This document shows, in pieces, positions 54,524 through 64,000 of a stretch of DNA of 64,000 nt. The translations under genes and the position numbers were made by a program. The stretch's first letter is position 1. Every line of letters begins with the position of its first letter. The notes beneath the pieces were generated by a model, which was not told the DNA's origin, ran no database searches, and saw nothing but the letters and a program-made list of their open reading frames with translations. The stretch is from positions 4,526,001 to 4,590,000 of the forward strand of contig NC_043002.1 in the NCBI RefSeq assembly GCF_006345805.1, in the 5' to 3' direction. The DNA is from Octopus sinensis (lineage: Eukaryota).

Positions 54524-54973
54524 TAATATATATATATATATTATATAATATATATATATATATATAGATATATATATGTATGTATATATATGTATTATAA
54601 TCATGAATAAAGATATAACCATTGCATAAAAAGACAAAAAAACACTATTCTCCTCCTCCTCCTCCTCCTCGCCTTCCTCATCCTCATCCTCATCATCGTT
54701 ATCGTTATTGTCGTCCACATTCTCATCCTCTTCCCGTTGTTGTTTTCGTTATCAACATTGTCACCCACCCTCCTTTGCCTCTTCCTCATCATCGCTTTCA
54801 GACGGTCGTCATTGTTGTAGTCAATACCATCCTCCTCCTTCTCCTCCCTCTCCTCCTTGTCTTCTTCCTCCTCCTCTTCCCCCTCCTCTTCATCATCATC
54901 AACTCCATCATCATCCTAATCATCATCATCAGCAGCAGCAGCCTAATCGTCGTCGTCACCATCATCGTCATCG

Positions 54974-55048
<75 letters not shown>

Positions 55049-55279
55049 CCATCATCGTCGTCATCATCGGCAGCAGCAACAGCAGCTTTTGTATTATCAT
55101 CGTCATTTTCCTCTCTCTCCGTTTTCTTCTCCTCCTCCTCCTCCTCCTCATCATCATCATCATTACCCAACAACAATAACCAGCAGAAACAACAAAGGCA
55201 ATGAAGGAACTCCCAACATCATGCTCCACCTGCTCAACATAGCAAGCAAACTACGGACGTCCATTTAATATATCTTCTA

Positions 55280-55317
<38 letters not shown>

Positions 55318-56230
55318 TATTCAATTTTATTTAATTTTATTTAATTTTGTTTATTTTCTAATAATTTATATGCATATATTATGTATGTATGTATGTATGT
55401 ATGTATGCACGAGCAAAACGCCCCTCGTCCAATGGACAGTGTCGAGTTGTCAAATATTTAAACCAAATTTTCTTAAAACAACTTGGCCGACCGTCCCATA
55501 GCCCCACCCCCACCCCTTTGAGAAACACTGATTTAACCTAAATTTGAGACACCAAACAGGCCAGGGTGTTTTTTTTTGTGCAAACTGCACGTGTATTTTT
55601 CTCGCGCACGCGTAGCATCGATCGCAACAGCTGATGTACTTGCACGTACAAATGAACGTTTCCACGGCTTTATCGATCGCATTCTCACCTGGAATCGATT
55701 TTTGTAATTTTTCCAAGAATTATACACCCCCTGATACCGTCGGTATCTACATATCAAATTCGAGCGCAATCGGATGGAGGATGCCCGAGATCCTAGAAGA
55801 CACACACACAGACACACACAACGGATTTTATATAATAGATATATGTATGCATATATACATGTGCGCTTGTGAGTGTCAGTGTGCGTGCGTGCATGCGTGT
55901 GTGTGTGAGTGTGTGACTGCGTGTGCGCGTGTACAGGCACGGTTGTGTGGTTCAGAAGCTCGCTTTACAACTGCGTGGTTTTCAGTTCAATCCCCCTGAA
56001 CAGCACCTTGGGCATGTGTTACCTAATGCTTTTAAGCATCAGTGAATTTTGCTAGCAGAAACTATGTGGACACCAGCAACGCACGCGCGCGCGTGTGCGT
56101 ATGCTAGCGCATTTGTGTATGAGTCTCTAGCAACAGGGGTTGACAACAGGTGTTCGTTTGTTTACGTTCGCCTATTGGGCAAAAGAGATCGATAGAATAA
56201 GTAAACGACAGAAGACAAAATATATTTATA

Positions 56231-56395
56231 GGCGCAGGAGTGGCTGTGTGGTAAGTAGCTTGCTTACTAGCCACATGGTTCCGGGTTCAGTTCCACTGCG
56301 TGGCACCTTGGGCAAGTGTCTTCTACTATAACCTCGGGCCGACCAAAGCCTTGTGAGTGGATTTGGTAGACGGAAACTGAAAGAAGCTCGTCCTA

Positions 56396-56441
<46 letters not shown>

Positions 56442-56662
56442 GCATGTGTGTGTGTGTGTGTGTGTATGTTTGTGTGTCTGTTTGTCCCTCCAACATCGCT
56501 TGACAACCGATGCTGGTGTGTTTACGTCCCTGTAACGGTTCGGTAAAAGACACCGATAGACTAAGCACTAGGCTTACAGAGAATAAGTCCTGGGGTCGAT
56601 TTGCTCGACAAAAGGTGGTGCTCCAGCATGGCCGCAGTCAAATGACTGAAACAAGTAAAAGA
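56231..56662 (+). mobile_element. Full-length SINE family 2 copy with internal TA/TG microsatellite
   Basis: Head GGCGCAGGAGTGGCTGTGTGGTAAG through tail GGTGGTGCTCCAGCATGGCCGCAGTCAAATGACTGAAACAAGTAAAAGA; the copy at 50190-50590 is colinear. Confidence 0.88.
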
Positions 56663-56777
56663 GCATATACATTTTGCGTTAAATATTTTTACATGCTTAC
56701 ATTTAGTTAAGCAGTTTTGTTACGAGCTGGCTTCAGTTCGTCGATGTTCAAAGCTCCAAGAACTAAATTTATACAAG

Positions 56778-57176
56778 ACTAGCAGTATCACCCGGCGTTG
56801 CTCGGGTTTGTAAGGGAAATAACTATATAAGCATTTTTAGAGATGTAAAGTATAATAGCCATCTCAATATGGCTAACGACAAAGGAGGGGGGTGTTACTG
56901 TAGCTTTTTATGTTCTGAGATTTAATAATACATTTTTAGAGAGTTATTTCCCTTATATATGCCAAAAATGCATTAAAATGGGAAAAATTGATGGTAATTT
57001 TTTTTTAATATCGTAGACTCATCGTAGACGCGCGCTAATACCCAGAAGGGCTCGATATGAATCACGACTATAAGATACCCGGTTTTGGTTAAACTGCACC
57101 GCAAAATGTGGGAGTAGTTAGGAATCTAAATCGTAGGAGACAGACAGCACACAACCTCTCTTTTATATATAAAGAT
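56778..57176 (+). mobile_element. Helitron/Helentron-like non-autonomous element (HINE/DINE-like)
   Basis: Begins ACTAG followed by hairpin CCCGGCGTTGCTCGGG and ends TTTTATATATAAAGAT, an architecture I associate with HINE/DINE-1-like elements; no coding part. Confidence 0.5.
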
Positions 57177-57815
57177 ATCGGGTATTAATCGCTTCTATGC
57201 TATTTGAGTAGAAGTGCGTTAGTTATTCTGCACAAATCTTATTTGTATCCTTCGAAAATATTAATTTAATGCGTTGAATTAAGGGGAAATACTGGACATC
57301 TGCAATGGGAACGATCATATATCATGAAGCCATGTATATATCGAATGTAGGGAGACACCTACAGCACGTGCAAATTTTACTGGCTTTCAAAATTGAAACC
57401 ATTCACCTGTGAATATGAAAAATAGAAGTGCTTTAAGCTTTTTAAAACCTAAGCTAAAACCAATTTCAACCTGAATCGGCATTTAATATTAAACTTTGTG
57501 GATTTATTCACTGTTATTGTAAGGAGGTAGGGTAGAAATAGGTGGTTATCAAAGCGCAAAGAGAGGATGAGTGAATTGGTTGAATTCAAGTAGATGAATT
57601 AAAGTGAGGGTGAGTGTGGGTTGGAGTCAGAGGGGCGACAACAGTCAAAGAGGAAGACTTCGTCAACAGTAATGCAGTGTAATGTATGATTGAAACAGGA
57701 TTGCATGTTACATGCATACATACATACGTACGTACATACATACATACATACATACATACATACATACATACATACATACATACATACATACTACATACAT
57801 ACATACATATACATA

Positions 57816-58909
57816 CCTGCTATAGCCATAAATACTGTTACAAATATTCTCCTTTAATTTTTCGTAGGGTTTTGCACTTAAAATATTTTCCCTCGGGTAT
57901 TGACTTAAACTAATTTTCCTATTTAACAATGGAATGGAGTGTCAAAGAAGACCGTATAACTGCAGTTGATCTTCACAGGGCAGGTCACGATGCGTCCACC
58001 ATTTTCAAACTGCTTGAACCGATGGGAATTAGCAAAATGTTTGTATATCACACTATAAAGAGGTTGGCAGAAATCAGATTATCGATGACATTCCAAGGGA
58101 AGGTCGTCCTCGCACTGTGAGGACCCTCAAGAAGGTCAAAGATGTTGGAGCCAGAATTCGAAGGAATCCTCTGGAAAGTCGTCCTCGCACTGTGAGGACC
58201 CCCAAGAAGTTCAAAGATGCTGGAGCCAGAATTTGAAGGAATCCTCTGAGAAAGCAAACATCATGGTAGAGAGATGGAAATTTCACCCAGATCAATGTCT
58301 AGGTTAATGAGGGCAGATCTAGAGAAGCGTGCCTATCATCACCGGACAGGATACATGTTAATTCCTTCATTAAAAGCGATCAGGGTGATTAGATCCAAAG
58401 AGTTTCTTCCATGTAAAAGAAAGCTACAACCGGCAAAATGACAGGGTGTATAACTACAGATCTAAAGAGGCTTCTGGGTTCGTTCACAAAGTTCAAAGAG
58501 GCCATCACCCTGCCTCAGTCATGGTTTGGTTGAGTATGTCTTACGAAGAGGTGAATGAGCGGCATTTATGTGAAAAGAGGGTGAAAGCCATGGCTCGTAC
58601 ATCACTGACGTCCTGAGGGTAAAGCCAAGAGCCTTAACAAAGCCTTGTTCAATGGCAAAGAATGGAGCTTCCAGCAGGACTCAGCCCCAGCGCGGACGGC
58701 AATAGATGAATGACCAGAGCGTTTGAAGCGTTGCATCGACAACAGAGGGGCGATATTTTGAATAAATTTTGTGAATTATATTTTCTTTTCTTTTTTTTCT
58801 TTTTTGTTCAGCCCACAAATAAATGTTCAAAATTTCATTTGAACGTGATCATTAATTATTTTGAAATTCAAATTTTTCTTTTTTTAACAATATTTATGGC
58901 TATATTAGG
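57816..58909 (+). mobile_element. Tc1/mariner element (maT/DD37D-like), internally deleted
   Basis: TIRs CCTGCTATAGCCATAAATACTGTTA / TAACAATATTTATGGCTATATTAGG; transposase pieces MEWSVKEDR..., EGRPRTVRT, HPASVMVW, WSFQQDSAPA and ERLKRCIDNRG; internal 75-bp tandem duplication (58103, 58178). Confidence 0.8.
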
Positions 58910-59062
58910 AATGTATGTATATATATATCCCCGTGATCACCCTTACCGACCAGGCTATCAGATGTTGCTACACATCGCTGGTCACAATGCGCTTCGCATT
59001 GTTTTAGCCTTAAAAATGACGCCACCCCGCTGGCTAAGCGAGCAGGCCAATGTATATATATA

Positions 59063-59104
<42 letters not shown>

Positions 59105-59137
59105 TATATAGTACATAAGTGTGTGTTGTGTGTGTGT

Positions 59138-59172
<35 letters not shown>

Positions 59173-59421
59173 GTGAGTGTGTGTGTAACTATCACTGTCA
59201 GTTTCGATGATGAGGGTTTCTGTTGATCCGTTCCATGGAAAAGCCTGCCATTGAAATTAACGTGCAAGTGACTGAGCCTTCGAAATGCAAGTACAGTTTT
59301 TTACTAGCTGAGTAGACTAAAGCAACGTAAAATGAAGTGTTTTGCTTAAGAGTATAACGCACCACCGATCTGGAAACGTATATCTATCTATCTATCTATT
59401 TATCTTTATATATCTATTTAT

Positions 59422-59463
<42 letters not shown>

Positions 59464-59699
59464 GAGAGTTTACGAAAAAAACACAAAAGACGAAGACAGG
59501 TGGTGTATAAAATACACAGAGAGGACAAACAAGGACAGACAAACGGATTAAGTCGATTATATCGACCCCAGTGCCTAACTGGTACTTTTTTAATCGAAAG
59601 GATGAAGGGCAAAGTCGATCTCGGCAGAATTTGAACTCAGAACGTAGCGGCAGACGAACTACCTATTTCTTTACTACCCACAAGAGGCTAAACACAGAT

Positions 59700-59830
59700 C
59701 AACTACAGTATAACGCTCAGGAATAAAAAAAGTCTTTTATGTTTCGAGCCTACGCTCTTCTACAGAAAGGGACTCAGAAAAAACAAGGAGAGAAAAAAAT
59801 GTGTGTAGTGGCTGACGATCTATATATTTG
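59700..59830 (-). mobile_element. Penelope-like terminal fragment carrying a hammerhead-like motif (59734-59769)
   Basis: Related fragments at ~2851-2975 and in each unit of the 22767-23924 triplication. The minus strand reads CTTT CTGTAGA A GAGC GTAG GCTC GAAA CA TA AAAG. Class assignment is inference. Confidence 0.45.
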
Positions 59831-60292
59831 TACTCGTGTTTGTCTCTTCTCAATTTGATAACCGATGTTCGTTTGCTTACGAATCTCTGACTTAATAATT
59901 CCTGGCTCCGTACAAAAAAAAACAACTTTTGAATATGTTTTGACTAGGGTTGGTTCGCTTGACTAAACCCTTCCTATCAATGTCCCAGAATGGCCGTACC
60001 CCAGTGATTAAAACAAGTAAATGAATAAAAGTATAAATGGATTGATGGAATTGCGTATCTGGGCTAGACATTAGATTGAACAGTCATTAGATGGTATTTT
60101 CAGTCTGTTTGATCGGAGCTCACTTACGAGGGTTCGAGCCTAACCCAGGCACGAACAACTTTATTGGAGAAGTGGACTTACACTACTAAATATTCATGGT
60201 AAATTTTCTATGCCATTCAGAGAGTCCTGCGAGTCACATTTTGTCTAAGACCAGGCTAGACAATCACAACAACAACAACAACAACTACTACT

Positions 60293-60336
<44 letters not shown>

Positions 60337-61301
60337 ACTTCTACTACTACTACTACTACTGCTGCTGCTACTACTGCTACTACTACTACTACTGCAACTA
60401 CTACGATGATGATCCCACCACCTTCGCCACCATCACTACACACCATATCTATGGCTACGAACAACATCATTAGAACTTCTAAAGCAACTATCACCACCTC
60501 ACCTCTCTGTTCCTCTCTCTCTCTCTCACTCGCTCCCTTTCTCTACCTCTCTCTCTCTCTCTCTGTCTCTCTCTGTCTTTCTCTCTCTCTCTCTCCCTAT
60601 ATCTGATAATGAATGCCTACAGCATGTGATTGATTCATCGCAATTGGGTTGTGGTGTCATCATGGAGAGGAATGGACGAAGTGCTGGAGGATAAGGAAAT
60701 GGTAATTATGAAGCCAACAGTTGTAGTAGGTCTTGTTGCAGAAGACGATGGCGATGATGACGTTGTTGTTGTTGTTGGTGGTGGGGTGTGGTTGAGATAA
60801 TAATAATACGGGTATGTTGGGTTTCGATTATTTGTACCCCAGTGTCGCTTTGATGGCATGCGCTGCTCTCTCTTAATAATAATAATAATAATCATCCTTT
60901 CTACTATTGGCAGTAGGCCTGAAATTTTGGGGAGAGGGAGGGGGATAGTCGATTACATCGACCCCAGTACTCAACTAGTACTTAATTTATCGACCCCAAA
61001 AGGATGGAAGGCAAAGTCTATCTCGGCGGAATTTGAACTCAGAACGTAGCGGCAGACGAAATACCTATTTCTTTACAACCCACAAGGGGCTAAACACAGA
61101 GAGGACAAACAAGGACAGACAAACGGATTGAGTCGATTATATCGACCCCAGTGCGTAACTGGTACTTCATTTATCGACCCCGAAAGTATGAAAGCAAAGT
61201 CGACCTCGGCAGAATTTGAACTCAGAACGTAACGGCAGAAGAAATACCGCTAAGCATTTCGCCCGACGTGCTAACGGTTCTGCCAGCTCGCCTAATAATA
61301 A

Positions 61302-62070
61302 TCTTTTTTATTAGCCACGAGAGCATCACAAGGACAGAAAGCAGTTTGTGTGTGGATTTACATAAAGAATGAGTGGAGGAAGAAATGGAAAAGATAGTGA
61401 TATGCGATAAATGTATACAAAATAGCATACAAAATATATGACATGAATGATGCAGTCCTCTTGATACAGGAGAAACCAGGGCCAGTCAGCTTGGGCCAAT
61501 TAAGGAACCTTACAGATCCAGGATTACCCTGACCACCGGAGGTACGAGCCCTCTCGGAAGCACTACTGTCTAGAGGCGCATACATAGTGTAGTTCCATTC
61601 ACTGACACTATTTTTGCCACAGTCACCGAGCTTTGCATAAATTCACTAGGATGTAACACTTCCCTCTTCCCCTTCACATTTCTTTCCAAGCGGAACTTTA
61701 AAAAGTCGGTGAGGAAGGTGTCTTTCTTCAATCCTTTCTTCCTGGTCACCACACAACCCCTTTCCCCATAGCCACGAGACAGAGAAACACTACCTGCTCT
61801 GGCTTGTTAAAGGTGAGTGGTTGGGCTACCCTCATGATGGTTTCGGTCGATAGACGGATTCGTCCCTTATGCGATTATAGCTGTTCGACATAACTCGAAC
61901 GCTGCACAAGTAGTGCATGCCGAACGCTTTCGTCGCTCTGCGCTCATCTCAGGCAGTCCTGCTTGACGAAGCTTCTGTGCCGGTAGAGTTTATCTCGAAC
62001 TGGCAGTGCTTTTGTGTAGCACTGCAAGGCTACGGATTTCTGGAAGTTATCCAATAATTTTGAAAAGGCT
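61302..62070 (-). mobile_element. L1/Tx1-clade LINE ORF2 C-terminus and complete 3' UTR
   Basis: Minus strand DNFQKSVA.QCY... and TRKKGLKKDTFLTDFLKFRLERNVKGKREVLHPSEF...GTTLCMRL* (stop 61570), then a UTR ending GCTCTCGTGGCTAATAAAAAAGA. Confidence 0.7.
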
Positions 62071-63589
62071 CAAGACGTTTCTCTGTTTTCTCATTTCAAA
62101 GAATTCAGTTTCTTTTTAGCGTCCTTTCTGCTGTCTCTCTATCTGAATCCATTTATTTCTCTTTCTTCCCCCCACCCTCTCTCTCTCTCTCTCTTTCGTT
62201 CTTCATTTCTTCCTTTCTGTCTTTATATATTTCATTTCGTTCTGGCTGTTTGCGTACTTTTGATGCAACACTCTTTGCCTTTCGGTTATTCCATTTATTG
62301 CTTGTCATTGCTGCTTGTTTGTTTGTTGAGCGTCTCAGGACTGTCTGCAGTCCGAAACGTGGTCCTTTGCTATTCGTAAGACCCGCAGAAGAGAAAGCAG
62401 GTCCACCCCCGACACCGAGACCATCGACGGATGGACGAATGCGCTTCCAGGCTCAGTAGTTGCGTAGGAAGTCGGGGACAAGAAACAGGAAGAAAGAGTG
62501 AGAGAAAGTTGGAGCGAAAGAGTACAACAGGGGTCGCCACCACCTCCTGCTGGAGCCTCGTGGAGCTTTTTAGGTGTTTTCGCTCAATAAACACACGTAA
62601 CGCCCGGTTTGGAAATCGTAACCGCGATCCTCCAACCGCAAGTCCGCTGCCCTAACCATTGGGCCATTGCGCCTCCACTGTCATTGCTGCTGATCTTCTT
62701 GTACATTGTTGTTGTTGTTGTTGTTACAGCTATCATCATCGTCATCATCGTCATCATCATTAACATCCTTAGCAGTAATATCGACTAGCTAATGAGGAAC
62801 CACTACGTGGATCGTTCGACATGGGCTAAAAACAAGTAAAACATGACCGTCTCACATTCATACGAAAGATATAAGAATAAGTAATGTTGACGAGAATAAC
62901 TGAGTAAATGAAATTTGGAAAGAGACGGAAACTATGTGAATCCTGTCAATATTTCAGTAATATAAGGCGACTATCTGACAGAATCGTTAGAACACCGGGA
63001 AAAACTGCTTAGCGGCATTTTGTTCGTCTTTACGTTCTGAGTTTATATTTCATGAGGTCGACTTGTTTTCATCCTTTTGGGGTCGATAAAGAAAGTTACC
63101 AGTTGAGCACTGACGCTGATCTAATCGGCTGAGCCGTTCCCCTCAGGTTCTGGCCTTGTGCCAAAATTTGAAACCAATATTTCAGTAATGTAAGGCGGTG
63201 AGATGGCAGAATCGTTAGCACACCATGCAAAACGCTTAGAGGTATTTCGTCAGTCTGGGGTGGCGAGCTGGCAGAATCGTTAGGACGCCGGGCGAAATGC
63301 TTAGCAGTATTTCGTCTGCCGCTGCGTTCTGAGTTCAAATTCCGCCGATGTCAACTTTGCCTTTCATCCTTTCGGGGTCGATAACTTAAGTACCAGTTAC
63401 GTACTGGGGTTGATGTAATCGACTTAATCCCTTTGTCTGTCCTTGTTTGTCCCCTCTATGTTTAGCCCCTTGTGGGTAGTAAAGAAATAAGATAGATAGA
63501 TAGATAGATAAATAGACGGACAGACAGATAGACAGACAGACAGATGGATAGATAGATAGACAGCCAGATAGATAGATAGATAGATAGAT

Positions 63590-64000
63590 ATGTTTCTTTA
63601 TTAGCCACACAGGGCTGCACACAGATAGAACAAATTACAAGGTAGAGCTTTTCTTTTGAGGTATTAGAAAAAAAAAAAAAAAAAAAAAAAAAGGAAGGGG
63701 GAGGTTCGATCAAAAGGGATCGTAAAAAGGAGGAGAGAAAGAGAAGAGGACAAAAATAAGGGGGGGTGGTTAAAAAAAAAAAAAAAAAAAAAAGGGGGGG
63801 AGAGGAAAAAAATGATCAATAGGGATCGTTATCACAGAAATGTCAATATGAAGTGTAAGGGGAGGACAGGTGAGGTTTACCGTGGAAAGAAAAGCCTGCG
63901 GAAAAGACCACGGTAACCTCGGTCAATGAAGTCACATTTTATATTCTTTTTTTTTTTTTTTTTTTTTTGCAAATAAGCAACTCTCTGTTTTCGATTTCTG
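63590..64000 (-). mobile_element. 3' UTR of another L1/Tx1-like element running off the window
   Basis: Minus strand is pyrimidine-rich and ends ATCTGTGTGCAGCCCTGTGTGGCTAATAAAGAAAC followed by a (TATC)n tail; the same terminal motif occurs at 61302. Confidence 0.55.

Noticed and set aside
54622-55268. Poly-His/Gln/Pro ORFs as possible further Vsx exons
   Set aside because: Trinucleotide repeats with no homeodomain or CVC motif and no supportable splice boundaries.
55533-55999. Complex-looking ORFs on both strands inside the presumed Vsx intron
   Set aside because: No recognisable domain in the frames I read; at most a non-coding unique island.

Overview
AT-rich, microsatellite-dense eukaryotic genomic DNA with one 100-N assembly gap (49701-49800). 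The repeat families look like those of Octopus (cephalopod); this is inference from repeat recognition, not a database result. Almost all ORFs in the supplied track are microsatellite or SINE translations. The only supportable host gene feature is a first coding exon of a Vsx/Chx10-type homeobox gene (44827-45211, +; eh1 motif RSPFAIQELLGL, GT donor at 45212). I found no homeodomain exon in the remaining ~18.8 kb. The rest is a transposon landscape: at least three tRNA-headed SINE families, CR1-type and L1/Tx1-type LINE remnants, several Tc1/mariner elements (one nested in another), MITEs, a Helentron-like element and Penelope-like terminal fragments. The most unusual item is an ORF1-only (gag zinc-knuckle) retroelement at 29065-30530. 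It is bounded by a 24-bp promoter-like direct repeat, is followed by a non-coding unit with splice signals, and shares a 3' GCC-loop-GGC hairpin plus A-rich signal with the L1/Tx1 remnants and the most abundant SINE. Other notable items: a 500-bp-arm inverted duplication and a nine-copy 111-116 bp satellite upstream of Vsx, and a near-complete minimal hammerhead-like motif.
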